This document shows positions 27,315 to 37,279 of a DNA stretch of 64,000 nt, piece after piece. The notes beneath the pieces were generated by a model that searched no databases, was not told the DNA's origin, and saw nothing but the letters and a program-made list of their open reading frames with translations. The DNA lies in the IMG/VR virus record IMGVR_UViG_3300036832_001373, positions 32,001 through 96,000 of that record; one strand, given 5' to 3'. Each line of letters starts with the position of its first letter. Positions within the stretch are counted from its first letter, which is position 1. Position numbers and translations under genes: made by a program. The DNA comes from a virus.

Positions 27315-30265
27315 ACGCAGGAGGAGTTACATCTATAGATGTTGCAATTAGGAATTGGGAGAAGGTAGAAAAGGAGTTAGAAGATGACAGTGAGGTCGTT
27401 CTAGACTATGAAGCTAATAGCCTAAACACATATCATAACTCCTACTTTATAGGAGGCATAGCCCTGAAAGGAAGAAAAAGTAAAAAATGTTTTTACGTTA
27501 ACTTTTATAATTTTTGGAGAACTCCAGAGGAGTGGCCTTTTCCAAAGGAACTAAGAGAAAGAATAGGGAAATGGTTATTGTCAAAGCACTTGGTAGTATT
27601 TAATCTTCAATATGAATGCTCAGCCTCTTTGAACTTTTTCAAAGTATATCTGAGAAACGTTACAGACGTAATGATGATGAATAGGACACTCGGATATTCA
27701 GGGTCTTTGAAGGAAATAGCAGCTAGACGGCTTGGTGCGACTACTTGGAACTCTGAAGTTGATGAGTATAATACTCGTATAACTGAGCTAATCAATAGAT
27801 TGAAACCGTATAGGAAGAATCCAAGAGCAGAATGGATTTTCATTAGAAATGGAGATCCAAAGAAAAACATACCTATTCCATCAACTATAGATGAGGTTGT
27901 CAATTGGCTAACTAGGGTAGGGTCCAAAAAAGAATTAATTATAGAGTTTGAGTCGTTTAACAAACTGATAAAGAAGTTTTATAGCGACGAGAAGTATACA
28001 AAGTTTTGCAAGAGATTCTTCAAGCTTATTCTGACGAGAGCAGAGGCAAAAGATCTTGAACTAAGATTCACAGATATACCAATTGAGATTATAGCTCCGT
28101 ATGCTATTGGAGATGTTGACTTCACAGATAGACTTAAAGATGATCTCTGGAAAGAGATCCAGACTATGAAGATAGAACGTGCGGCAGAGATCTATAACTG
28201 TCAAGCCAAGCTTGGATTCGAAATGGAGTCTGCTGGAATAGCTTGGGATGACGAGTTGGCGACGTCATTGGATAAAAAGTATAGTGAAACTGCAACAGTT
28301 TGCCTTAGAAACTTGTTAATGATTCCAAAGTTCCAAAAGATTCTTCCTTCTCCAACTTTGAGTACGAAGGATAAAGATGTAGTATTTATTTCCGAATGTA
28401 GCCAGGACATTTTACAAATTCAAACTGAAACTGATACGCATAACTTAATGAAGTTTTTCAATCCGAGATCTACACATATCAAGACAAGAGACCAGTTTAG
28501 TAATCTTATAGTGACAGCTCGGTTAAGAGTTACAATGATGTTATACGAAGTCTTTAAAGAATATCAGAACTCTAAAGAAGAAGCTTTTAACAATTACCCT
28601 ATTCTGGGTCCAATCTTAGAGAGCATAATAACTCTAGAACGTACCGAAGATAGAGTTTCTTGTATAGATGCCTTAGTAAAAGGGTCAGGAAAACTTGGAG
28701 CTATGATTCAGTCTCATCTAGAGAATAGTCCAGATCTCTGGAGAGACGATAAAGGGCAGAAAATTCATCCACCAGAGATTGAAACTTTTATAAACTTCGC
28801 CAAGTGGCAATTACCTGGTATGTCAGCATTTGTTATAGAAGATCTTTATAATGCGTGGTGGCACGTAGCTGGAATCAATGTTGATGATAGAGATACTTGG
28901 ACAGATGAGTTTAAGTGGATATTCTGGTTTAGAATGTTTAAGAAGGTAATGAAGAGTCATTCAACCTACGTTTGGGGAAACGTAGGTAGAGGAAATATAG
29001 CTCTGATCAATAGGTCAGATGTTCATAAGCTATCTGCGGTAAGATTTCCAGGATGGAAAGAGAGAAAGTCTGAAGATCAGATTTGGATAAAAGAAACTCA
29101 GTTCGGTGTGTGCACAGCAGCAACAAAGAGATACCAAAGTGGAGATCATACCGTCCCTTGGGAGTCTGAGCTCATTAATCTCAGAATTAGCAGATTTAAA
29201 GATGGAGTTAGAGTCCATTACGACTACTCCCAGAACGAAGTCAGAGTGCTTGCCAAGATATCAAATTGTAAGTCTCTTCTCGAGAGATTCGAGCAGGGAA
29301 TCGATATTCATGGATCTATTGCAGCAGACGTATGGCAAAAACCTCAAAATCAAATATCAAAAGCAGAACGACGATATAGTAAAATGAGTACGTTTGCTAT
29401 TGTTTATGGAGACACGTTTCAGGGATTTGCAGTAAAATTCCTAAGTGGAAATCTTACTTTGGCAAAGAGAATATTTGATAACTTCTATGGTGCTTATCCA
29501 GAGATAAGAACCTTTATTGAAGATCAGCATAGGTTCGCACTTAAACATGGATATGTAAAAACTTTCTTTGGAGATCCTATGAGAGACATCGGACTTCCAA
29601 GAGAAGCTTTAGATCTAAACGACTGGGAGAAAGAAGAGATAATCAAGAATATCTATTCTAGGAAAGTAACCTTTGACAGAGATAGAGAACGAGATAGAGT
29701 TATAAGACAGATGACAGGAAAAGCTTTGAGAAACTCTCAAAATTACCCAATCCAAAGTACGAGCTCTACATTAGCTGGACTTGGAGCATACTATATAAAT
29801 GAGTTCTTAAAAGACAACAATATGACTTCAAGAGTTGATTGTTTCACGCATGACTCAGATGACATAGACGCTCAGATTGCAGACGTTCCTAAAATATTAT
29901 CAGTACTCCCAAAATACGCTGTCACAGAACTAGTTAGAGAATTTGATCTCCCAATTAAGACTGACTTTGAAATTGGAATCTCCGGAGACGAGTCTGTGGA
30001 GTTAAAAGAATCTAGAGTAGAAGGACCGTTAGTGGAAGCTAAGTTTCACGACAGTAAAAAGACAGCCGTTGAATCTTTAGAGAAACGTCTTTCCAAATAT
30101 GGAGTAAAATGTGAAATTAAGGTCGAAGAGGAGGTTCCAAACCTACGATCTATGAGTGAATTATTCGTTAGTAGGCGAGCGTATGCCCTCGCGATGGGAG
30201 AAACAAGAATGCTTGTTAGCGGTCATATGAAACTTGATTTTAACAATGTACGGAGAGAATCTTGA
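27311..30265 (+). CDS. polA: Family A DNA polymerase with 3'-5' exonuclease domain
   Basis: DYE (ExoI), YAIGD (ExoIII), DYSQNEVRVLA, RRYSKMSTFAIVYG, NYPIQS, HDS. Confidence 0.93.
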   Translation: MNAGGVTSIDVAIRNWEKVEKELEDDSEVVLDYEANSLNTYHNSYFIGGIALKGRKSKKCFYVNFYNFWRTPEEWPFPKELRERIGKWLLSKHLVVFNLQYECSASLNFFKVYLRNVTDVMMMNRTLGYSGSLKEIAARRLGATTWNSEVDEYNTRITELINRLKPYRKNPRAEWIFIRNGDPKKNIPIPSTIDEVVNWLTRVGSKKELIIEFESFNKLIKKFYSDEKYTKFCKRFFKLILTRAEAKDLELRFTDIPIEIIAPYAIGDVDFTDRLKDDLWKEIQTMKIERAAEIYNCQAKLGFEMESAGIAWDDELATSLDKKYSETATVCLRNLLMIPKFQKILPSPTLSTKDKDVVFISECSQDILQIQTETDTHNLMKFFNPRSTHIKTRDQFSNLIVTARLRVTMMLYEVFKEYQNSKEEAFNNYPILGPILESIITLERTEDRVSCIDALVKGSGKLGAMIQSHLENSPDLWRDDKGQKIHPPEIETFINFAKWQLPGMSAFVIEDLYNAWWHVAGINVDDRDTWTDEFKWIFWFRMFKKVMKSHSTYVWGNVGRGNIALINRSDVHKLSAVRFPGWKERKSEDQIWIKETQFGVCTAATKRYQSGDHTVPWESELINLRISRFKDGVRVHYDYSQNEVRVLAKISNCKSLLERFEQGIDIHGSIAADVWQKPQNQISKAERRYSKMSTFAIVYGDTFQGFAVKFLSGNLTLAKRIFDNFYGAYPEIRTFIEDQHRFALKHGYVKTFFGDPMRDIGLPREALDLNDWEKEEIIKNIYSRKVTFDRDRERDRVIRQMTGKALRNSQNYPIQSTSSTLAGLGAYYINEFLKDNNMTSRVDCFTHDSDDIDAQIADVPKILSVLPKYAVTELVREFDLPIKTDFEIGISGDESVELKESRVEGPLVEAKFHDSKKTAVESLEKRLSKYGVKCEIKVEEEVPNLRSMSELFVSRRAYALAMGETRMLVSGHMKLDFNNVRRES

Positions 30266-30594
30266 AACTATCTTACGACCAAGCTAGAACACTAGCTCGA
30301 GTATGTGAAAGATATGTATATGAAGCAGAGAGATATATTAAGAACAACTTTAGAGGCCATGTGGAGTTTCCAAAGAATAAAAATCTATTGGTAGAACTTG
30401 TTCAAGATATGACACTCCTTGCAGAGATATACCCTAACTTACTAAGTCATCCTGTACTGGAGAATGGGATAGAATCTAGACTAGAAATGTTTGAGTCTAG
30501 AACTAGACCACAAGAAGTGATAGAAAATAATCTTCCTCCGACGGAAGACGATTTGTATGGACTACTATCAAACGTCGATGATACAAGAACTTAA
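30262..30594 (+). CDS. Hypothetical protein
   Basis: GGAGA RBS, TTG start. Confidence 0.6.
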   Translation: MKLSYDQARTLARVCERYVYEAERYIKNNFRGHVEFPKNKNLLVELVQDMTLLAEIYPNLLSHPVLENGIESRLEMFESRTRPQEVIENNLPPTEDDLYGLLSNVDDTRT

Positions 30595-31054
30595 ACTTTC
30601 TGTATGTGGATACATGACCTTTTGTATCCCTATACCATTTTACTACTCTGGGAATCAGATGTATAAAGTGCAAAGAGCAGGTAGAAAAGTGTGGACCAGA
30701 AAGGAGGTTAAGGTATGGGAACTACAAAAATCTATAGCTGAGCAAATAAGAGATCTTGGACTAAAAGCTCCAAAAGATACTTTCTGTTACATATGTCACA
30801 CAGCCTTTTTCTTTAGTATGGACGATTGGGTAACTAAGAATAGATCTGCTCTAAGACAGATTGACTTAACTAACTTGTGGAAACCAATTGAGGATGCAAT
30901 CTTTGGAGTTGATATCTCAGGAGAGCTCCTAGGATTAGGAGCAAACGACTGTAAAGGAATCTATAATACTCAGTCTAAGTGTATCCTTCCTCCAGAGTTC
31001 GATACACCACCCTACTATATAGCAACCGATCTTACGTTCTTAAAGAAGACTTGA
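30557..31054 (+). CDS. RusA-like Holliday junction resolvase
   Basis: DLTNLWKPIEDAI...ND resembles DxDNxxKxxxDAL...DD. Confidence 0.65.
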   Translation: MDYYQTSMIQELKLSVCGYMTFCIPIPFYYSGNQMYKVQRAGRKVWTRKEVKVWELQKSIAEQIRDLGLKAPKDTFCYICHTAFFFSMDDWVTKNRSALRQIDLTNLWKPIEDAIFGVDISGELLGLGANDCKGIYNTQSKCILPPEFDTPPYYIATDLTFLKKT

Positions 31055-31130
31055 CTATGTCTAAAGCTTTAGCTAAGCGTCCTGACTGTAAAAGTACGAC
31101 TAGTGAAACCTTTAACACAAGAGGCATCTC

Positions 31131-32486
31131 TTGCCCGTCAAAGAATCGGAGTTGGAACCGACGATCGTAGAAATTTTACTGGACCCCCAAGTTAGACAGT
31201 ACTGCGCTCCCTTTATAGAACCTTGGATGTTCCAGAAGACGATCTATAGGAATTTAGTAGAGTCTCTGATAAGTACGGACTTTAAGAATAGGCCAGTTGA
31301 CCTTAAAGTCCTTAGGCTGCATATGCAGCACACATACAGAGACATGTACAGTGAAGACTGGCAGATAGTGGAGAAAATATACGCATCATATGCACCAATT
31401 GCTAGTGAAGATCTCCAAGCAATCACGAGAATAATATCAGCTTTTATTAAAGACAGGATAAATTTAAAAGGAGTTGACCTCTATTCAAGAGGAGAAACGA
31501 AAGAGGCTCAGAAGCTCTTTACAAGAGCCACTACATTTAATATAACAGCGGATCCTTTTATTAATCCCTTACAAGAAGGTATTATAGACTATCTTAGACA
31601 AAAAGATATGCCAAAGGGAGGTAAAGTTATAAAGAGTTCTTTGGGATTAGTCAATGGTTCATCTCAATACGGAGGTTTTAAGAACGGTGACTTGGCAATG
31701 GTAGTTCTTCGTCCTAAGGGAGGAAAGACTACATTTATGATTCAAGAGGGAGCTGCAGCTGCAGATCAAGGGTTTAAGGTAGCTCACATATTTCTTGGAG
31801 ACTACTCTGAACTAGATGGACTTCATAAATATATGAGCTGTTTGACTGGAGACATCATTACCAATGTAGTCAACGCTCCAAACCAGTATAAGAAGAAATG
31901 TGAGAAGTGGCTAGAGCATCTTAGAGTGGCGTCATTCCCAGCGTTTGGTTTAGATTGTAATGAGATAGTTTCCTATGCTAGGAATTTAAGACGTAAGTTT
32001 GAATTTAGTGTCTTTGTCATAGACTATGATTCAAACGTTAGGCCACCAGACGACTCTGGAATGTATGAGACGGGTGGAATAATGTACTCAACGTTTAAAG
32101 GTTTCGCACAATCTGATGAATGTGTTGTAATAGTTGGATGTCAACCAAAAATTCAGTTTTGGACTGACGAACTACTAGGATTTAGTTCTGCTGCAGAATC
32201 TAGTCGGAAACAACATGCAGTAGATTATATGATTACAGGTGGTCGTAATACAGACTATTCTCAGGTAGGTACGTTCCATCTACCTTTGGTTAGAAGAGGA
32301 GAAAGTTCTGGAATAACTAGAGTAAAGTATGATGATCTTCATAGTAGAATTATAGAAATTTCTCCTAGAGAGTATGAAACATTGATACGAGATCACAAGG
32401 GCAGTCATGTCCAGGTTAGGGATCTTAGTCTGGACGGAGTTAGGTTTGAAGATAAAAGTAAGAAAGAAGATAAGGATAAGAAATGA
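31131..32486 (+). CDS. dnaB: Replicative DnaB-like (SF4) helicase
   Basis: RPKGGKTT, VIDYD, GCQP, AESSRKQHAVD, VRRGE. Confidence 0.85.
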   Translation: MPVKESELEPTIVEILLDPQVRQYCAPFIEPWMFQKTIYRNLVESLISTDFKNRPVDLKVLRLHMQHTYRDMYSEDWQIVEKIYASYAPIASEDLQAITRIISAFIKDRINLKGVDLYSRGETKEAQKLFTRATTFNITADPFINPLQEGIIDYLRQKDMPKGGKVIKSSLGLVNGSSQYGGFKNGDLAMVVLRPKGGKTTFMIQEGAAAADQGFKVAHIFLGDYSELDGLHKYMSCLTGDIITNVVNAPNQYKKKCEKWLEHLRVASFPAFGLDCNEIVSYARNLRRKFEFSVFVIDYDSNVRPPDDSGMYETGGIMYSTFKGFAQSDECVVIVGCQPKIQFWTDELLGFSSAAESSRKQHAVDYMITGGRNTDYSQVGTFHLPLVRRGESSGITRVKYDDLHSRIIEISPREYETLIRDHKGSHVQVRDLSLDGVRFEDKSKKEDKDKK

Positions 32487-32752
32487 CTCCAGAAGAGATA
32501 GACAATCGATATATAGCAGAGCTAGCACGTGTTACTGGAACTTCCGTACCGCTAGTTAACAAGATAGTAGAGGTGCAGCTAGCAATGGTTATGAGAGATC
32601 TAGGACTTAGTGGAGAAGCACAGACTTTAATTGGTAAAGTAAAACTTATTAAAGGAACTTTGATTCTAGTTGATCCTAGTTCTCATCTACAAAGAATGCT
32701 GGATAAAAGCCGACTAGTTGATCGGTTGATGAAGGAGTTGGGAGAAGAGTAG
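32483..32752 (+). CDS. Second, armless HU/IHF-like protein (tentative)
   Basis: IAELARVTGTS...VNKIVE...GEAQTLIGKVKL. Confidence 0.45.
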   Translation: MTPEEIDNRYIAELARVTGTSVPLVNKIVEVQLAMVMRDLGLSGEAQTLIGKVKLIKGTLILVDPSSHLQRMLDKSRLVDRLMKELGEE

Positions 32753-32759
32753 AGATACC

Positions 32760-33404
32760 ATGCTAGAGAAATTTATAAATAAAAGGTTACACGATCTTGG
32801 AAAAGAGGCTATAGCACATATTGTTAACTATGATGAGACTAGAGAAGACAAGGAGTTAACTAATATTTACTATTGCCTAGCCGCTATAGGACTAAAAGTT
32901 CTTAGTGCTGATTCTAGGGGAATGGATTATGCAATGATTAGGGATTGGGCTTTTCAACTAGCTGGAGATACGATTCTAGTAATCTATAGAAATCCTAAGA
33001 CATTTATACATCACGATAATTTCTTCTTTTATTACAGATCAGCACTCAAGAATACGTCATATAAAATGTTCGCCTATAAGTACGCTCTTCTTGAGAATTT
33101 CATCCCTCTAGATGATTATATGAATGACTACCCTATGTTTGCTGACGTAAATAGAGCAGATACTTCTATCATTAGAAGAGACGACTGTAGATACCTAGTC
33201 GATCAGACATTGAACATAATAAGTAAGTTTCCTAGATTTGGGAGTCGTGCTAAGTATCTAGTATGGCCAATTATATTCTCTCTTGTTGATAGATCAGACT
33301 TACTTTTGGACGTTCCAAACTTCAGAGATAGAATAGCTCTAAGACTACTTCTTAGACTTGTAGAACAACAACTACCTGGAAGGCTCCATGTCCTTGAAGA
33401 GTAG
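32760..33404 (+). CDS. Hypothetical protein, possibly a divergent phage sigma-like factor
   Basis: 214 aa helical; FFFYYRSALKN region-2-like; position before Mor-like gene and terminase. Confidence 0.35.
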   Translation: MLEKFINKRLHDLGKEAIAHIVNYDETREDKELTNIYYCLAAIGLKVLSADSRGMDYAMIRDWAFQLAGDTILVIYRNPKTFIHHDNFFFYYRSALKNTSYKMFAYKYALLENFIPLDDYMNDYPMFADVNRADTSIIRRDDCRYLVDQTLNIISKFPRFGSRAKYLVWPIIFSLVDRSDLLLDVPNFRDRIALRLLLRLVEQQLPGRLHVLEE

Positions 33405-33807
33405 CATAGATCCTAATTCCTCAGTAGTATACTTAGCGTTAAGTATACTCTGTTCTTCCCAGAATTCTCTGGTACCAGAGATACTTTATCTGATGTCACC
33501 AGAAAAGATAATAAATTTTATTAAGGTATTCGGTGGAGAGACTATCAAGGTACCTACCCCTAGAGAGTTTAGCAGTGACTTATTTGCTGGATTAGCTTGC
33601 TATCACGTTCTTGTAGAAGGTAAGTCATGGGACTGGTTCGAATTAAAGTATGGTCTAAATGGTAATACTATTAGAGCTATACAAAACAAGTTAGATTACT
33701 GGATCAAAAGACTAAGTTCAGAAGAGCTGGACTTTATAAAGTCTCTTAAGACTCATGATAAAGCCCAGAAATCTCATGAGAAAATGAAGGCTAAGAACTA
33801 TGAGTGA
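33388..33807 (+). CDS. Mor/C-like transcription regulator (tentative)
   Basis: FIKVFGGETIKVP followed by KYGLNGNTIRAI HTH-like segment. Confidence 0.5.
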   Translation: MSLKSSIDPNSSVVYLALSILCSSQNSLVPEILYLMSPEKIINFIKVFGGETIKVPTPREFSSDLFAGLACYHVLVEGKSWDWFELKYGLNGNTIRAIQNKLDYWIKRLSSEELDFIKSLKTHDKAQKSHEKMKAKNYE

Positions 33808-34372
33808 CGATGACAAAGAAGATAACGTCTTTAATATGAAGGGCGAGAAAGCTACTAAAGTTGATCCACCTAAGGTTTACCGTAACCCTGTGGAGGTAGC
33901 TTTAGAGCTAAAGAAGGACTTGGACGAGTATGAAGAAACTCAAGATAGAAAACAACTGGTCAATGCCTTGAAGGACCAGTTCTTACTCTCTAGGTATAAT
34001 AATGCAACTCAGTCAGAGAAGAGTCGATATCTTGGACTATCAATTCTATTCGAACGAATGCATAAAATGTCAGACAATATGTTACTAAAAACTATAAGAG
34101 AACTAGCTGAGATGGGTGTGATAGATCTACAATCCATTACAGGACCTATAGGAGGTAAAAGCGGATCTCTGGTAAACATAAACCAAGCTTTTGGACTAGG
34201 TGGAGGTCTCAGAGATCCTCTAAAACTAGGACCATCTAGTAATACTGAAACTAATCCAATCAAGGATACAGGGAATCTACTAGAAGCCTTAGAACATATA
34301 GCGTCTCACTTCAAAGATAGGCCTATGCTAACTATTGAAAATCAATCAGATTCAGATGACAAAAGTGAGTAA
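33800..34372 (+). CDS. Hypothetical protein, positional candidate for terminase small subunit
   Basis: Immediately upstream of TerL. Confidence 0.4.
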   Translation: MSDDDKEDNVFNMKGEKATKVDPPKVYRNPVEVALELKKDLDEYEETQDRKQLVNALKDQFLLSRYNNATQSEKSRYLGLSILFERMHKMSDNMLLKTIRELAEMGVIDLQSITGPIGGKSGSLVNINQAFGLGGGLRDPLKLGPSSNTETNPIKDTGNLLEALEHIASHFKDRPMLTIENQSDSDDKSE

Positions 34373-34377
34373 CTTAG

Positions 34378-36324
34378 ATGAAACAAGATGTTGACTTTAA
34401 TAAGATAGACTTTGATAGGATAAAACCTTTATTGAATTCCAAAGAACTTCATCAATATGATGAAGAAGTTAGACTAACTAATCCTAGATATAGAGAGATT
34501 CCTGTTGGTCAAAGAAAAACTGCATTAGCATTGATAATGACTGGACAAATGGATTCTATTCCTACTTTAGAAAGACTTTACTTAAAACGTAGGATTCCTC
34601 CAATAGAAGAATTTTTAACTTCTGAGTTCATAGGAGAAGATGCTATTACTTTATTTCCTCAGTGGAGAAGAGACCTATGCGAGGTTTTTGCTAAAGATTC
34701 GACAGTTAGAAAGTGGTTATGCACTGGAGCAATTGGAACTGGAAAGTCGTCCGCTGGAATCATAGCTCATCTATACAATATTTTTAGAATCAATTCTCTT
34801 AGACGTCCACAGTTAAGTCTAGGAGGTGGTTCGTCTAAACCAATGACTTGTCAGTTATTTACTGTAACTGTAGCTAAAGCACATACCACTCTGATGGATC
34901 GTGTAGTTATGCTACTAAGAGGGTGCAAGTATTATGTTGAAGTAAGAAAACTTCCTGACTTTAATCTTTTTCTAGATGAGAAATACGACGAATATACACC
35001 TTGGTGTAGAACTTATGAAGGGATAGAGTTTCCTCATGGAGTTAAGATATTCGTAGGATCTCAAGATAGACATGCCTTGGGTGAGGACGTATTCGGAGGA
35101 TTACTTGACGAGGCTGAGTTTAGAATAGGTGCTCACGGAGAAATCGAGAAGGCTGTAGCATTGTTTGACAATATCTATGAAAGAATTCGTTCCCGATATA
35201 TTGGAGCTAAGTTCACATTGATGACTATTATTTCATCTATACGAAAAGCCAAAGGAGTTATGTCAACTTATATGTCTCAAATGTCAACTGATCCTAGTAG
35301 TAAAATTTCTCAGTACAGCATTTGGGATACTAAATATCCTAGTGCTCTAGTAAATGATGGTCATATTTGGGTGATGAGAGGTACTCAAAGACATCCTTCA
35401 AGGGTCCTGAACGAGGTTGAGGGAGAGAAGGCTGACAAGCAAATATTCGAACTTCCACCTTCGTGTAGTATAATTAAAGTACCTAAACGATATCAGGTAG
35501 ACTTTGAACTAAGAACTGAAGAGTCTTTGATGAACTTGGCTGGTCAAGCGTCAATGGGTCAAGAAATCCCATTTGACGATCTGACCAGAGTTGAGGACAA
35601 TAAACTATGTCCTACATTGTACTTTACTGCTCCACTTGGAACTACCGCTAGACCTATTACTCAGCCTTTGAGAGACCAGCTTCCAAGAGAGATATTTAAG
35701 CAAACTCCAGATGGACCTAGGCTAAGACGTTATCCAATGGCTCCTAGATATGGCCATTGGGACGGCGCAGCTGTTAGCTCCGCCGGTTTAGTAGTTATTC
35801 ATAAAGAGCTGAGTCAGACTGGGAGGGTGATGTATATAACCGATCTAGTTATTAAAATAACTTCTCCTAATAGAATTAACTTAGATTTAGTAAGAGATTT
35901 TATTATAGATCTCAGAGATTTCTTCGGATTATCTTTTCACGCTTTTACTGCTGACCAATATCAGTCAGAACAACTTTTACAAAAGTTAACTTCTATTGAA
36001 TTTGCTGAAGAAATAAGCGTACTCTCAGTAACTAAGACAAGAAATCAGTATGATACACTATCTTCAGTTGTAGCTCAAGATTGTCTGAAGACTGGACAAC
36101 TGCGTGATCTATGGCAAGAGTTGGAAGGAGTTTACTTTGAACACGACAAGCCCTATAAGCAGTATAAAGATGGAGCACACGGTGACATTGCAGACGCACT
36201 TTGCGGTGCAGTATTTAATGCGGTGCAAAACCCATATGATATACCTATCAATCTATATGAATCATTCGGTAGAGTACCAGACGCTCTAAGAACCCTTGAG
36301 GGATCTTATCAAAAGATCGCCTAA
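34378..36324 (+). CDS. terL: Terminase large subunit
   Basis: GAIGTGKS, LLDEAEF, ISS, HWDGA, ADQYQS, DIADALCGAV. Confidence 0.88.
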   Translation: MKQDVDFNKIDFDRIKPLLNSKELHQYDEEVRLTNPRYREIPVGQRKTALALIMTGQMDSIPTLERLYLKRRIPPIEEFLTSEFIGEDAITLFPQWRRDLCEVFAKDSTVRKWLCTGAIGTGKSSAGIIAHLYNIFRINSLRRPQLSLGGGSSKPMTCQLFTVTVAKAHTTLMDRVVMLLRGCKYYVEVRKLPDFNLFLDEKYDEYTPWCRTYEGIEFPHGVKIFVGSQDRHALGEDVFGGLLDEAEFRIGAHGEIEKAVALFDNIYERIRSRYIGAKFTLMTIISSIRKAKGVMSTYMSQMSTDPSSKISQYSIWDTKYPSALVNDGHIWVMRGTQRHPSRVLNEVEGEKADKQIFELPPSCSIIKVPKRYQVDFELRTEESLMNLAGQASMGQEIPFDDLTRVEDNKLCPTLYFTAPLGTTARPITQPLRDQLPREIFKQTPDGPRLRRYPMAPRYGHWDGAAVSSAGLVVIHKELSQTGRVMYITDLVIKITSPNRINLDLVRDFIIDLRDFFGLSFHAFTADQYQSEQLLQKLTSIEFAEEISVLSVTKTRNQYDTLSSVVAQDCLKTGQLRDLWQELEGVYFEHDKPYKQYKDGAHGDIADALCGAVFNAVQNPYDIPINLYESFGRVPDALRTLEGSYQKIA

Positions 36325-36342
36325 CAACCAGGAGGTAAGACT

Positions 36343-36585
36343 ATGACAAAGCATATCATGAACATACTTGACCAAACTGGTCACACTTCAATGGAGTGGG
36401 ACGCTGATAATCAGATGGAGATAGAGATTGCAAGAGAAGCTTTTAATAAAGCTAGAGAAAGAGGATATCATGCCTTCAGAGTAACTGAAGGGAACCTCGG
36501 AGAGTCTCGTCGTGGAGAACGTATGACAACTTTCGATCCTAAAGCTGAGAAAATGATTCTTATGCCTCAGCTTCAAGGAGGCTAA
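36343..36585 (+). CDS. Small beta-grasp-like protein ending in diglycine (ubiquitin-like candidate)
   Basis: GGAGGT RBS; beta-beta-alpha-beta pattern; C-terminus MILMPQLQGG*. Confidence 0.6.
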   Translation: MTKHIMNILDQTGHTSMEWDADNQMEIEIAREAFNKARERGYHAFRVTEGNLGESRRGERMTTFDPKAEKMILMPQLQGG

Positions 36586-36589
36586 GATC

Positions 36590-37279
36590 ATGACTACTTA
36601 CTGGGATGACTTATACTCCACTGGGTCAACTCTAGTGAATAGACTCTATTTACCTCACTATCTTAGAGTACCAGGAACTCTCATTACTAATGCTACTAAT
36701 GGTACTTACAACTCGATTTACTTACCTAGCATGTTGTGTAATAGTGCAACATATTCCACAATACCTGAGTACTTTACTAACTCACTAACTACTACTAGCA
36801 CTACCACTAGTAGTGTATACAATAACCCTATAATCATAGGTAATACAGTTATATGGCCTAGTTGGCACGATGAAGTCGTATGTCCAACTCTTATTCAAGA
36901 AAGGATAGAGGCTGAGAACGCTAGACTAGAAGAACTTCGAAGAGTTGAAACTGAACGTTACGAGCAAAGAAAGCTTAGCACAGAGAAAGCCAACCAAATA
37001 CTCCTAGAACATCTCACGCCAGATCAGCGTGAGATGGTTGAGAAGAACGGATGGTTTGTGATTGAGGGAGGGAAGACAGGGAAGATTTATAGAATAGGAT
37101 CTAAATCAATCGCTGGAAATGTTGAGGAACTAGATGAGAAGGGAAAGGTAATAGCTAAATATTGTTGCCATCTACCACATCAGTATCCTCAATCAGATCA
37201 TCTTCTAACTCAGAAATTGATGTTAGAGTGGGACGAAGAAGAGTTTCTGAGAAAAGCTAATAAATCTAACGTAGCCTAG
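36590..37279 (+). CDS. Hypothetical protein (Thr/Ser-rich N-terminus, coiled coil, Cys/His globular domain), partner of the GG protein
   Basis: GGAGG RBS within the upstream GG codons; GNV...KYCCH..YPQSDHLLTQKLML. Confidence 0.7.
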   Translation: MTTYWDDLYSTGSTLVNRLYLPHYLRVPGTLITNATNGTYNSIYLPSMLCNSATYSTIPEYFTNSLTTTSTTTSSVYNNPIIIGNTVIWPSWHDEVVCPTLIQERIEAENARLEELRRVETERYEQRKLSTEKANQILLEHLTPDQREMVEKNGWFVIEGGKTGKIYRIGSKSIAGNVEELDEKGKVIAKYCCHLPHQYPQSDHLLTQKLMLEWDEEEFLRKANKSNVA

